From assembly GCA_045606105.1 (NCBI GenBank), contig JAZURI010000005.1, forward strand, positions 1 to 64,000: a DNA stretch of 64,000 bases. The letters run 5' to 3'. Positions 50,422 to 60,399 of this stretch are shown here, piece after piece; the stretch's first letter is position 1; each line of letters opens with the position of its first letter. The translations under genes and the position numbers were made by a program. The notes below the pieces were generated by a model. The model saw only the letters and a list, made by a program, of their open reading frames with translations, did no database searches and had not been told where the DNA came from. Source of the DNA: Spirochaetia bacterium (lineage in GTDB: Bacteria > Spirochaetota > Spirochaetia > CADAEX01).

Positions 50422-50900
50422 TCTCTTGAATCTCTCTCAAGCACCGAAAATTCCAGAACCTTCAGTACAAAATTATATCCGGACGGAGCTACTCCTGCCT
50501 TTACATTGGGATTGTATATCCTGGCAAGATAATTGATATAACCGTATTCCTCATCATACTTGAACATATACAGCATGGGAGAATCCTTCTTGTTGGCCTT
50601 CACATATTTCCTTGCATCCTCAAAAAGCCCGTCTACGGTAAACCCCTCGAGAAAGTCCCTGTTGTCCGTGGTTCCTGCCAGCTCTCCGTCAATTACCGTT
50701 ATTTCGTAAATCTGTCCGATATTGTTGCTGTAGGAATATTCGATTTTCATGGAATAATCCCGGATTTCGTGGTTTTTCCATTTGATGATATTGTCGGTAA
50801 GAATCTTTGAATCGCTTCTTTTAAGCTCCCGGTTTCCCAGTGAAAAACAGAGAGGGGCGGCAACTGTCAGAAGAAAAAGGACAATAAGGGCTCTTTTCAT
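50418..50900 (-). CDS. Secreted hypothetical protein
   Basis: Signal peptide; overlapping stop/start with neighbours. Confidence 0.65.
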   Translation of the reverse strand: MKRALIVLFLLTVAAPLCFSLGNRELKRSDSKILTDNIIKWKNHEIRDYSMKIEYSYSNNIGQIYEITVIDGELAGTTDNRDFLEGFTVDGLFEDARKYVKANKKDSPMLYMFKYDEEYGYINYLARIYNPNVKAGVAPSGYNFVLKVLEFSVLERDSRE

Positions 50901-51709
50901 CCGAGACCCTCCTCTGAAAGCTCATCCAGAAGCACTGCCCGGTATTCAGGTATGGATGCGGCATATCTGATTATGGCACGCAGGTATCCCTCCGGAGTTC
51001 CGGTATCAAGCCTCTCCCCTTCAATAACGGTATATACCATCTTATTCATGTCCATAAGCTTCTTCAGGGCATAGACATGGAAATATTCTCCCTTTGCATT
51101 CTCCCGGCAGTGCTTTTTCCAGCCCTCCTCCAGATATGTGAAGATTTCCGGGGTAAAAAGATATCTTCCGATGGAAACCTCCTTGCTGGGTTCCGTACCA
51201 GGGGCCGGCTTTTCAACGATATCCTCCACATGGAGACCGTCTGCCGACGGCTTTATCACACCGTATCTTTCAAGATGAGGCGGATTATGGAGGGCTGACA
51301 TTACGGAGCAGCCTGTCTCCTCATACTTTTTTATGAGCTGGGCTGCCAGAGGAACGGCACCCATGTGCAGATCGTCGGGATAGGCCACAACAAAAGGCTC
51401 GTTGCCCACAAAGGCCTTTACCTGCAGCAGAGCATGCCCGGTTCCCTTCATTTCGGTCTGGCGCTTGAAGAAGATGTCGGCCTTTGAAGCCCCCACTCCC
51501 AGCTCTATTTCCCGGTCGAAGTAGTCGTCCAGAGCCTTTTTTCTCCTGGAGGTAAGGATAAGAATCTCATTTATGCCCGAAGCAAGAAATTCATCAACTA
51601 TAAAATCTATACATGGCTTATTGATAACAGGAAGCATTTCCTTCGGAACTGTCTTGGTAACAGGAAGGAAACGGGTGCCGTAACCGGCTGCGATAATTAC
51701 ACCTTTCAT
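50897..51709 (-). CDS. galU: UTP-glucose-1-phosphate uridylyltransferase
   Basis: AAGYGTRFLPVTK..PKEMLP, VEKP. Confidence 0.88.
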   Translation of the reverse strand: MKGVIIAAGYGTRFLPVTKTVPKEMLPVINKPCIDFIVDEFLASGINEILILTSRRKKALDDYFDREIELGVGASKADIFFKRQTEMKGTGHALLQVKAFVGNEPFVVAYPDDLHMGAVPLAAQLIKKYEETGCSVMSALHNPPHLERYGVIKPSADGLHVEDIVEKPAPGTEPSKEVSIGRYLFTPEIFTYLEEGWKKHCRENAKGEYFHVYALKKLMDMNKMVYTVIEGERLDTGTPEGYLRAIIRYAASIPEYRAVLLDELSEEGLG

Positions 51710-51783
51710 AATTCAATTATGCTATCTAAACGGAAAAAAAACAAGACTTGCAGAAAAAACTTCAAGCTATTATAATCCTTATT

Positions 51784-52446
51784 ATGGATGAAAGAATAGG
51801 CGCAGAAATTTTTGATGTGGACCATACCATCACAAAGAATATCACGGCATTAAGCTACCTCTGCCTGCTGGTGAAGAAAAAGGTTTTTTCGGTAACCATT
51901 CTCAGGCATATTCCCTATATCTGTATAAACTACAAGTTCGGAAGAATGGCTGACAAACATTTTGACAGGCGTATAGAAGAGCTGGACGGAGTAAACAGAA
52001 AATTTCTGGAGGATGCCGCAGAAGAGAATTTCCGCAACATGCTTAAAAAGGAATCCATCTATGCCGAAGCAGGCCGCTATATCGAACATCTGAAAAGCAA
52101 CAACAAGAAAATAATCCTGGCTACCTCCTCCCTGGACACAATAGTCAAGCCCCTGGCCGATTATCTGGGAGTAGATACCATCATAGCCACCAGGTTTGCC
52201 TACGACGGAGACAGATGCCTGGGTGTATTTGACGGAAAGCCAGCCTTCAGGGATGAAAAAAGAAGAAGAGTAATGGAATATGTCAAGGAAAACAACATTG
52301 ACCTGGCCAGTTCATCCTTCTATTCCGACAGTATCCATGATGCCCCTCTTTTCAACGAGGTAGGAAACCCGGTAGCTGTCAATCCGGATATAAGACTTGC
52401 TTTCCATGCCAGAAAGAACGGCTGGCCGATCCTCAAGTTCAGATAG
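51784..52446 (+). CDS. HAD-IB family phosphatase
   Basis: FDVDHT, YSDSIHD, AVNPD. Confidence 0.85.
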   Translation: MDERIGAEIFDVDHTITKNITALSYLCLLVKKKVFSVTILRHIPYICINYKFGRMADKHFDRRIEELDGVNRKFLEDAAEENFRNMLKKESIYAEAGRYIEHLKSNNKKIILATSSLDTIVKPLADYLGVDTIIATRFAYDGDRCLGVFDGKPAFRDEKRRRVMEYVKENNIDLASSSFYSDSIHDAPLFNEVGNPVAVNPDIRLAFHARKNGWPILKFR

Positions 52447-53158
52447 AATATTTAAAGCTGAAATCCACAGGCTTTTCCAGAGTCAGGAATCTCACCGCAG
52501 GAATCTTCACCTTAAGAAGGTTTCCCTTGTATTCGCCCATGTCGGCGGAGATGATATTGCCCGGAGCCCTGATATTGAGCTGTACGTAGGAGCTCTCCAC
52601 AATCTGCTCGGCGGTGGTGGAATTATCCAAATAATCTGAAAAGACATAATCAATAAGTGCAGTATATTCCTCGCCGGTATAAGGGTTGTCGGTCTGAGGT
52701 GCCAGTGCGGAAAGGACAGGATTGCCGCTGATTCCGAAAACCGTATCAATGGCCTCGTAGTTGTCGGCTCCCAGATGGAAGGTTACCTTGCGCTCTCCGT
52801 CGGAGTCTTCGAATTTCAGAATCGGAACATATTCGGAAGGGAGAACCCTGGTGAAGTCTCCGCTTCTGATAATGAGCTTGAGTCTCGATTCTTCGGGAGA
52901 AACCACCGAAACCGGCTCTGTGTCGGGATATCCCGAAATGGCAGAGGAGATGTCCTCTGTGTTGAAGATTCCTTCGGAAGCACTTTTACCTGTGGCCTCC
53001 GAAAGATCGTTGATATATTTTACGAAAACAGGATTAAGCTCCAGGTCCACAAAGACCTCACCTCCGTTACCGGACTTTATACCGATATCCTGTCTGACAG
53101 TACATCCGGCAGTAACCAGGATGGCAAGGCAGAGAAGAAGGAGCTTCAGCTTTCTCAT
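52439..53158 (-). CDS. Hypothetical lipoprotein
   Basis: TAGC lipobox. Confidence 0.7.
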   Translation of the reverse strand: MRKLKLLLLCLAILVTAGCTVRQDIGIKSGNGGEVFVDLELNPVFVKYINDLSEATGKSASEGIFNTEDISSAISGYPDTEPVSVVSPEESRLKLIIRSGDFTRVLPSEYVPILKFEDSDGERKVTFHLGADNYEAIDTVFGISGNPVLSALAPQTDNPYTGEEYTALIDYVFSDYLDNSTTAEQIVESSYVQLNIRAPGNIISADMGEYKGNLLKVKIPAVRFLTLEKPVDFSFKYSI

Positions 53159-54222
53159 AAGTCAAGTACTGAAAGGTCAGGAATGGAAGAGTATACCGGT
53201 ACGGTTTCTATACTCTTGGCCCCGAGCTTTATAAGCTGATATCTTACAACGGCAATAGGCTTTTCCTTGCTGTTGACCTCCAGCTGGATACAATACTGGG
53301 AGAATCTGCTTCCCTGTATGATTGTAGGCTCATCGGCATAGAGATTGTTTTCCCTGAGATATGCCCTGATTCCCTCCTCGGCCTCTGTAGGAACATTGAA
53401 GTAAAGCATTACCTTGTTTTCGGCATTTACGGTACCGTAAAGGTTGATAAGGAACATCTTGAGGAGCTCCATCTTTGCAGGAGACTTCTTTACCTCGGAT
53501 GAAATCCAGATTCCGGTTTCTGAGGAGAACACCCACTCCAGGATCTTGAGACCGTAGTTTCTGAGGGCACTGCCGGACTGTGTTATTTCCAGACCGATAT
53601 CTGCGCCGCCGTTCCTGAGCTTTGCCTCTGTCTTTCCCCAGGTTTCGTAGATGATAAGACCGCAGCCATCCTTGGCAGGTGTCTTGTATTTCTGGATAGA
53701 CCACTTGAAGAACTTCTCCGGTGCACCGATTTTCCTGAGCTTTTCGGTAATCCAGTTGAGAGCTGTGTAAGGGAGCTCTGTAACCACGGAAATCTGTTCC
53801 TTCCTTTTGATGAGGTTTTCAAGGAATTCCTCGGTGGTGCTTTCGGAAAATGATCCGTCCACAATTCCCACCAGGTTTATGTTTCCCCTATGGAGGGAAA
53901 GCACCTTTTCAGGAGCAATCTTTATTCCGTATTCGATTTCCATTTCCAGCTTGCGCTCCATAAGCCAGTCATCGCCGGTAATGGCTACATCCAGTTCATT
54001 CAGTGCCAGCTGAGGACCGAATTCCTGAGGACGGCCGTCCCAGCCGAAAAGAAAGTTCACGGATGTGAAGCTTGTAGGTCCGCCCGCATCATAACCCTTG
54101 GCAGGAAATCCGGCCTTTGCAAGAAGGTCCACCAGGTTTCCCCCTCTTGTAGGATTGGCCAGTGATCCGGCAGGCATGCCGATTACAAGTTTTTCTTCGT
54201 TATTCATTGTTATCTCCAACAT
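53155..54222 (-). CDS. hisG: ATP phosphoribosyltransferase (long, divergent)
   Basis: PAGSL, RPQE, TGDDW, GKTE, TQSGSALR; coupled to hisI. Confidence 0.8.
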   Translation of the reverse strand: MLEITMNNEEKLVIGMPAGSLANPTRGGNLVDLLAKAGFPAKGYDAGGPTSFTSVNFLFGWDGRPQEFGPQLALNELDVAITGDDWLMERKLEMEIEYGIKIAPEKVLSLHRGNINLVGIVDGSFSESTTEEFLENLIKRKEQISVVTELPYTALNWITEKLRKIGAPEKFFKWSIQKYKTPAKDGCGLIIYETWGKTEAKLRNGGADIGLEITQSGSALRNYGLKILEWVFSSETGIWISSEVKKSPAKMELLKMFLINLYGTVNAENKVMLYFNVPTEAEEGIRAYLRENNLYADEPTIIQGSRFSQYCIQLEVNSKEKPIAVVRYQLIKLGAKSIETVPVYSSIPDLSVLDL

Positions 54223-54611
54223 TATTTTTCTATAGTTTCCAGAGTTCCGTCACCGTTCAGTCTGCGGTAATAGCAGGAAGTATGGGAATCGCCGTTTTCC
54301 TTCTTTGCATGGCAGGCACCCTTGCCCATGGGGGTCACGAGAAACAGGAATGAATTCTGTTCGCAGTTGATCCTTATCTCTTCAACCCTGAGCATGTCCC
54401 CGGAGGTAAGTCCCTTTTTCCAGAGCTCATTGCGGCTTCTGCTCCAATAGGTGGCATATCCGCTCCTGAGGGTCTCATCCCAGGCTTCCTTGTTGATGAA
54501 TGAAAGTATCAGTACTTCCTTTGTTCTGAAATCCTGTGTAACCACGGGAAGAAGCTTCTTTCCGTCTTCACCGAAGTCTGCAAGCAACTCTGTTGTATAT
54601 TCTTTTTTCAT
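54222..54611 (-). CDS. hisI: Phosphoribosyl-AMP cyclohydrolase
   Basis: YWSRSRNELWKKG.TSG, ACH, SCYYR. Confidence 0.92.
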   Translation of the reverse strand: MKKEYTTELLADFGEDGKKLLPVVTQDFRTKEVLILSFINKEAWDETLRSGYATYWSRSRNELWKKGLTSGDMLRVEEIRINCEQNSFLFLVTPMGKGACHAKKENGDSHTSCYYRRLNGDGTLETIEK

Positions 54612-54649
54612 ATATTAAGTATAAAAATTAAATCAGAATATGTCTATAT

Positions 54650-54680
54650 AAAAAAAAGCTGTACCGGACAAGTACAGCTT
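54650..54680 (-). terminator. Intrinsic terminator
   Basis: aagctgtac/gtacagctt stem plus T-run on the minus strand. Confidence 0.8.
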
Positions 54681-54858
54681 CTATTTGCAGAAATATGAAA
54701 CAGGGGATAACATATTTCGTTTAGCCAAAAGGGATGCAGAGTGAAATTGAACCAATCTCCTCTGCATCTAAAAGAGGATGAAAAGAATATCTTAAAGAAA
54801 TGTGATTCAAAACCCAAAAAACTATACCAAAATTACCACACTTCTTCTTTATCTTTAT
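54650..54858 (-). ncRNA. Candidate structured small RNA
   Basis: TTGCAA-17-GATAAT promoter, three hairpins, intrinsic terminator, no RBS-led ORF. Confidence 0.5.
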
Positions 54859-54941
54859 GATGTTATTATCATTCCAAAATTGATAACTTGCAAGATGGGA
54901 AAATACCCATTTTTTGATACGGTTTTGGGATAAAATATAAA

Positions 54942-55928
54942 TCAGTTGAGAAGGCCGGCATCTTTCATGTACTTTGCCGCACCGGGATGCATAGGGACAG
55001 GAATACGCCGCTTGATATAGACCTTGGCATTTTTTTCGTTATACACAGGAAAGAAATTGTTAATGTACTTTATGTTCTCAAACCAGGTTTTGGATATTGT
55101 ATAGGCCATTTCATCAGACATATCCGGGGTGCAGGCCAGGAAGGTGCTTGATTCAAAAACCCGGGGGCTTTCCCCGTTTTCAGACCGGCCTGCCAGCGGA
55201 TTCTCTATGGAATCGGTAAAGAAAACAGGGTAAACGGAAATGAACTCCCTTAACTTGTTGCTTTCGTACAGCGGAACCGGCTGGCTCAGGATACCTATAC
55301 CGCTTACCAGATGCTTGTCCCGGCCCGAATATCCGTACCCCATGTTGTACCAGATAAAGTCGGTCTGGCCGTTTTTCAGCATTCTCAGCCCCTCCTGGGG
55401 ATCCACCCTGTAAATCTTTGTATTGGAGGAGTTGATGCCGTTGAGACCAAGAAAATAGGAAAAAAGGTTGCCTGTTACCGAATCCACGGTATTTATGGCA
55501 ATGGTGGCACCCTGCAGATCCTTTAATTTCCTGATCTGGCTTTTCATACTGGCTATACCGTCGTATACGGAAGGAAATATTCCGAAAAGACACCGCAGCT
55601 CCTGAGGGCCGTCCCAGTATGTCGGATGACCGATATATGCCATATAGGCCTCCGGACCGGAGATTATGGCCAGCTCTGCAGAACCGTCAAGCAGGGCCTT
55701 TATCCTGTCGTTTTCATTAGGACAGTCCGACTCGTTTACCGAAATATATTCCGTATTATAGTTGATCAGTCCCTCAAGAACAGACCCCACCAGAAAGAAC
55801 GGGGAGTTCATATAAGAGGATTTGATTGTAATATCTGTTCTCACCACCTGCTTTTCCTGGCTCTTGTATTCCCGGCAGGAAACGAGAAAAACCGGTATAA
55901 GCAGGAATAAAACAACCTTTCTAAACAT
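54942..55928 (-). CDS. TAXI-family solute-binding lipoprotein
   Basis: LVSC lipobox, DLQG, PVPMHPGAAKY tail. Confidence 0.75.
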   Translation of the reverse strand: MFRKVVLFLLIPVFLVSCREYKSQEKQVVRTDITIKSSYMNSPFFLVGSVLEGLINYNTEYISVNESDCPNENDRIKALLDGSAELAIISGPEAYMAYIGHPTYWDGPQELRCLFGIFPSVYDGIASMKSQIRKLKDLQGATIAINTVDSVTGNLFSYFLGLNGINSSNTKIYRVDPQEGLRMLKNGQTDFIWYNMGYGYSGRDKHLVSGIGILSQPVPLYESNKLREFISVYPVFFTDSIENPLAGRSENGESPRVFESSTFLACTPDMSDEMAYTISKTWFENIKYINNFFPVYNEKNAKVYIKRRIPVPMHPGAAKYMKDAGLLN

Positions 55929-56583
55929 CTATGAGTCCTATACTGATGGCGTATCTGATAAGCTCTGTCATATTCTTGCATTTAAGCTTCACCATGATAC
56001 TGCCCTTGTGGTTTTCCACTGTCTTTGAGCTGATAAAAAGCTCCTCCGCAATATCCTTTATGGAAACACCGTCGATAAGCAGCTTGAGAATCTGCTGTTC
56101 CCTGAGCGAAAGCTTGGTGTATGCAGACTTGCTGTCCTCGGCAATCTCCACATCATCCTTGGTAATAAGGGATTTGATTACCTTGTTGGAAATGTAGCTG
56201 TCGATATAGATTTCACCGTTGTAGACCTTTTCTATGGCATCTGCCAGGTTTTCGGGAGAGGATTCCTTCAGTATGTACCCTTTGACCCCGTTCTCCACCG
56301 CCTCCAGGATATACTCGATCTTGGAATAGGCTGTAATGATGATAATCTTCAGCTCCGGCATCTCTCCCAGAAGCTTTCTTGCCAGCACCAGCCCTGAGCT
56401 GCCGTGAAGTGAAATATCCAGAAGCAGGATATCGGGCTTGTTTTCCATTACCGCATAATAGCCGTCATCCACATTGTCGCTTTCAGCGATGACCCTGATG
56501 TTTGAATCCCTGCTGACAATAGCCTTGATTCCTTCTCTCATCAATGCATGGTCTTCAATTATCATAACCCTGATTTCACTCAT
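55921..56583 (-). CDS. NarL/LuxR-family response regulator
   Basis: EDH, LLDISL, LSLREQQIL, SKTVENH. Confidence 0.93.
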   Translation of the reverse strand: MSEIRVMIIEDHALMREGIKAIVSRDSNIRVIAESDNVDDGYYAVMENKPDILLLDISLHGSSGLVLARKLLGEMPELKIIIITAYSKIEYILEAVENGVKGYILKESSPENLADAIEKVYNGEIYIDSYISNKVIKSLITKDDVEIAEDSKSAYTKLSLREQQILKLLIDGVSIKDIAEELFISSKTVENHKGSIMVKLKCKNMTELIRYAISIGLIDV

Positions 56584-57844
56584 CTCTGTCCTCCAGCGGA
56601 ATTGAAATATTGACTGTTGTTCCCTTTTCCGGCGACAATTTTATCTTTATGGTTCCCCTTGAGATCCTTACCCTTTCCATCATTCCCTTAAGTCCGGAAT
56701 GGGCCTTCCCGTCGGAAACCTCCAGTGCACTTTCCAGGTCGAAGCCGCTGCCGTTATCAGAAACCTTCAGCAGAAGATTCGGCCACGAAATAATCAGATT
56801 CACCTTTACCTCGGTAGCATCTGAATGCTTTTCTATATTGGTCAGGAGCTCCTGTACTATACGGTATACATTCAGCTTGATAGGCTTGCTGATGGTAACG
56901 GAATCAAGCCCCAGGGAGGAATAAAGCCCCAGCCGTCCTGTTTTCCGGTCCCAGTTGGCCACATAATCCGAAAGTATGTCATCCAGCTCCTTTTCCAGCT
57001 CCGGCGGACGGATTCCGTAGGAAATGTCCCTGAGCTGCTGAAGCGTACCTGCCAGCATGTCGGTAATGGTACGGAGCTTATCGGCATCTTTTTCGTTTGT
57101 ATACTGCTTTATCAGATCCTTGCACAGCATTCTTGAATAGACCATGTCCTGAATTACGGTATCATGGATTTCCAGAACCATAAACCTCTTTTCATCCTCC
57201 CTGTGCTCCAGGGATTCATTAAGAAGCCTCTTGTATTCAAGGCTGATTCTTTTAGCCTTGGAAAATTTATTGAAGAAATAGACAAACAGGAATGTAAACA
57301 GAAAATAGACCACCAGCAGACCTATAAGGACATAGCTGAGCATGTTCAGCTGACGCTTGTGGTAGTCGTCCAGAAAGGTGGAGATACTCCTGAGGGTATG
57401 CCCGAAGCTGTTGGTATCGTTGGAAAGCCAGAATATCTGCTCCTCAAAGTTCCTGTAGCTGTTTTCGTTGCTGACAATTTCAAGAAGAAAGAACTTTGTA
57501 TAGTACCATTGCTGGGTCAAATCCACGACCAGGCTCCGCAGCTCCTGATTCTTTATTTCCTCCTCCAGTCTGGAGAAGCTTATATCCAGGGTTCGTATAT
57601 TCATGTTGACATTGGTTTTCAGCTCCGGTTTCTTGCCTGATGTGATGAAAATGGTGGCGGAGGATTTGGTAAGGAGCCACTGCTCATAAAGCCTGGAGCT
57701 CTCTACCCGCCTGTCTATGTTATCCGACATAACGGAAAAAAAGGATGCGGCAATATATCCGACAAAGCAGAGGAGGAGGATGACAGCAAGGATGATAATC
57801 ATATAAAGCTGCTTTTCTTTGTAAAACCGTCGTAAGTTTATCAC
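56576..57844 (-). CDS. Sensor histidine kinase (HisKA_3 type)
   Basis: Two TMs, EIHD, QELLTNIEKHS, DNGSGF, GLKGM. Confidence 0.9.
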   Translation of the reverse strand: MINLRRFYKEKQLYMIIILAVILLLCFVGYIAASFFSVMSDNIDRRVESSRLYEQWLLTKSSATIFITSGKKPELKTNVNMNIRTLDISFSRLEEEIKNQELRSLVVDLTQQWYYTKFFLLEIVSNENSYRNFEEQIFWLSNDTNSFGHTLRSISTFLDDYHKRQLNMLSYVLIGLLVVYFLFTFLFVYFFNKFSKAKRISLEYKRLLNESLEHREDEKRFMVLEIHDTVIQDMVYSRMLCKDLIKQYTNEKDADKLRTITDMLAGTLQQLRDISYGIRPPELEKELDDILSDYVANWDRKTGRLGLYSSLGLDSVTISKPIKLNVYRIVQELLTNIEKHSDATEVKVNLIISWPNLLLKVSDNGSGFDLESALEVSDGKAHSGLKGMMERVRISRGTIKIKLSPEKGTTVNISIPLEDRDE

Positions 57845-57907
57845 TGATTATATTTAAACATATAAAACAATATTTTTCAATTATCACATTATATGATATA
57901 ATCAGTT

Positions 57908-58378
57908 ATGGATAATTTACATTCTCTGATGATGGAGGCCGCCGATGCCCTGGAAAGGGGGGATAACGGAAGGGCCAAGGAAATTTTTACGGATATACTG
58001 AGCCGTGACGGAAACTACTTTCCTGCACTTTACAACCTGGGACTGATCTGCTGCGAAGAGGAAAATACCGCAGAGGCGGAAAAATATTTCATGAAGGCCC
58101 TGGAGACAAGACCTGATGACCCGGACATCCTTACCGAGCTGGGAAACGTATGGCTGAAGGGGGGAGAATCCTCAAAGGCTGAGGAATTCTACAGGAGGGC
58201 AGAGGCCGCAGGGGGCTCAAATGAGGTGCTTTTCAACAATCTGGGGGTCATTTTCTTCAGACGCCAGGATTACCGCGAGGCCAAAAAGCTCTTTAAAAAA
58301 GCTCTGGAAATCAATCCCGACTACAAGGAAGCCCGGGAAAATACCGCACTTGCAAATTTTTATCTTGCAATGATGTGA
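57908..58378 (+). CDS. TPR protein
   Basis: ALYNLG, NNLG, ALEINP repeats. Confidence 0.85.
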   Translation: MDNLHSLMMEAADALERGDNGRAKEIFTDILSRDGNYFPALYNLGLICCEEENTAEAEKYFMKALETRPDDPDILTELGNVWLKGGESSKAEEFYRRAEAAGGSNEVLFNNLGVIFFRRQDYREAKKLFKKALEINPDYKEARENTALANFYLAMM

Positions 58379-58400
58379 CCTGATAATATAAGTTTAATCT

Positions 58401-59684
58401 ATGGAATTATATAATACTTACGAAGAATACATCGGAGCCCTTGAAGAGAGAGGAGCTCTTCCCGAAGGCTTCAGGACCTCCGTTGTTCCGCTGACATTTT
58501 TTCCGGAGGAGAGAGAATTTGACAAACCTCTTCCAATGAACATGTCCCTTATCATGCTGGACCGGCCTACAGAAAAGTTCGCTGCTGTCTTTACCAGCAA
58601 CAGATGCCCGGGCGCTCCTGTCATAATCGGCAGAAAAAGACTCGGAAACAAGCAGATACGGGGTATCATAATCAATAACAAGATAGCAAATGTCTGCATA
58701 AGGACAGGGGTGGAGGATTCTCTTTCCCTGACAGAAAAGCTGGCTGAAACCGTGGGTGCCGATCCGGAGGAATTCTTTCCTTGCTCCACCGGCATTATCG
58801 GATGGAGACTGCCGGCAGAAGAGATGAAAAAGAATATTCCGGCTCTGGTTGCAGGGCTTGAAGGGGGAACTGCCGTAAAGCTGGCCAAGGGAATAATGAC
58901 TACCGATGCTTTTCCGAAGCTCAGGTCCGTGCAGGTAGGCTCGGGAAGAATCGTGGCTGTAGCAAAAGGGGCGGGAATGATCGAACCTAACATGGCTACC
59001 ATGCTTGCATATATAATGACAGATATCGATATGGAGAGGGACTTTCTCAGAAAGTGTCTCAGCCGTGTGGTAAACAGAAGCTTCAACTGCATCTCGGTAG
59101 ACAGCGACCAGAGCACCAGCGACACAGCCATACTCCTTAGCTCCGGAACAAAACCGGCCGTTTCGGAGGAGCTGTTTGAGGAGGCTCTCATTACCGTATG
59201 CGCACAGTTGGCCGAAGATATCGTCAGAAATGCCGAAGGAACAGGCCATGTCATAAAGGTTGAGGTTACAGGGGCCTGTGACGATGCAACCGCAAAAGCA
59301 GTCGGCAAGGCTGTAATCAACTCTCCGCTGGTAACCACTGCCGTTTTCGGCAATGACCCTAATGTTGGACGTCTTGTTTCATCGGTGGGAGACTATATGG
59401 GAAACCACGGTCTTGATTTTGATAAGGACAGGATGCTTCTGAAGCTGGGCGATGAAACCGTATTTATGGACGGAGCCTTCTGTGTAGACAAGGAAAAAGA
59501 GGAAAAGCTTTCCGCCTACATGAAGGAACGGGCACTGGATTCGGATCACAAGACCTTTCCAGCCCATAACCTTACCGTAGATGTTTTCTACAGGCTGAGC
59601 GAAGAGGGAACCGGATGTGCCACAGTAAAGGGAACAGACCTTTCCTACGGATATGTAAAAGAGAATGCGGACTACAGATCCTGA
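58401..59684 (+). CDS. argJ: Ornithine acetyltransferase
   Basis: STGIIG, IMTTD, KGAGMIEPNMATML, DQSTSD, NADYRS. Confidence 0.95.
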   Translation: MELYNTYEEYIGALEERGALPEGFRTSVVPLTFFPEEREFDKPLPMNMSLIMLDRPTEKFAAVFTSNRCPGAPVIIGRKRLGNKQIRGIIINNKIANVCIRTGVEDSLSLTEKLAETVGADPEEFFPCSTGIIGWRLPAEEMKKNIPALVAGLEGGTAVKLAKGIMTTDAFPKLRSVQVGSGRIVAVAKGAGMIEPNMATMLAYIMTDIDMERDFLRKCLSRVVNRSFNCISVDSDQSTSDTAILLSSGTKPAVSEELFEEALITVCAQLAEDIVRNAEGTGHVIKVEVTGACDDATAKAVGKAVINSPLVTTAVFGNDPNVGRLVSSVGDYMGNHGLDFDKDRMLLKLGDETVFMDGAFCVDKEKEEKLSAYMKERALDSDHKTFPAHNLTVDVFYRLSEEGTGCATVKGTDLSYGYVKENADYRS

Positions 59685-60084
59685 TGACAAAAGGGATTTC
59701 GGCTCAATTTTCGCGGAATGGGAAAAAAGGGCCGGATCCTCAGGGGCACTGGCCCGAAGCATAAAGGAAAAGAAGCAGGCCGAAAGACCGGCTGCAGTTC
59801 AGATTTCCGAAAAACAGCTGAAAACAGACGATACCCTGGATCTTCACGGCATGACTGTGGCAGAGGCTGAAAAAGCCATGGCTTCCTTCATTTATCTTGC
59901 TGCAGCAAAAAAATACAGAAAGGTACTTATTATCCATGGAAAAGGAATCCACTCAAAGGATGGACCTGTAATGAGACAGACAGTGATAAATTTTCTGGAA
60001 AAATGCCCGAAGGCAGGAAAGCACGGAACCCCCTCCGCCGCAGAGGGTGGATCGGGAGCCACATGGGTTATTATAAAAGGATAA
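59665..60084 (+). CDS. Smr domain protein
   Basis: LDLHG, IIHGKG, GGSGAT; start uncertain. Confidence 0.85.
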   Translation: MRTTDPDDKRDFGSIFAEWEKRAGSSGALARSIKEKKQAERPAAVQISEKQLKTDDTLDLHGMTVAEAEKAMASFIYLAAAKKYRKVLIIHGKGIHSKDGPVMRQTVINFLEKCPKAGKHGTPSAAEGGSGATWVIIKG

Positions 60085-60303
60085 TTATTTTTCTCTGAAG
60101 ATAATTCTTCCCCGTGTAAGGTCGTATGGGGAAAGTGCGATTCTTACCTTATCGCCCGGTACTATACGGATATAGAATTTTCTCATCTTGCCTGACAGAT
60201 GTGCCAGGATAACATGACCGTTCTTGAGCTCAACCTTGAACATTGTATTCGGGAGAGCCTCTTTTACTATTCCTTCAATCTCTATAGCTTCTTCTTTTGC
60301 CAA
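60085..60303 (-). CDS. infA: Translation initiation factor IF-1
   Basis: [25 protein letters not shown]; TTG start. Confidence 0.97.
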   Translation of the reverse strand: MAKEEAIEIEGIVKEALPNTMFKVELKNGHVILAHLSGKMRKFYIRIVPGDKVRIALSPYDLTRGRIIFREK

Positions 60304-60399
60304 GATGTTCCTCTTTAAGATTATGAGTATTTAAGATTATTAAATATTTATATTGTTAATCAAAGGCTTTGTCAATGTCATAAAATCTGTTGTATAATA

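Noticed and set aside
54683-54770. 28-aa ORF (MQRRLVQF...) as a his leader peptide
   Set aside because: It has no RBS and only one His codon, and its start is buried in a stem.
58407-59353. Long antisense ORFs here and elsewhere (for example 10970-12175 and 6191-7183)
   Set aside because: They are shadows of well-supported genes with no motifs or RBS.
60314-60340. TTTAAGATTAT direct repeat upstream of infA
   Set aside because: Only two copies in AT-rich DNA; not enough to call an operator.
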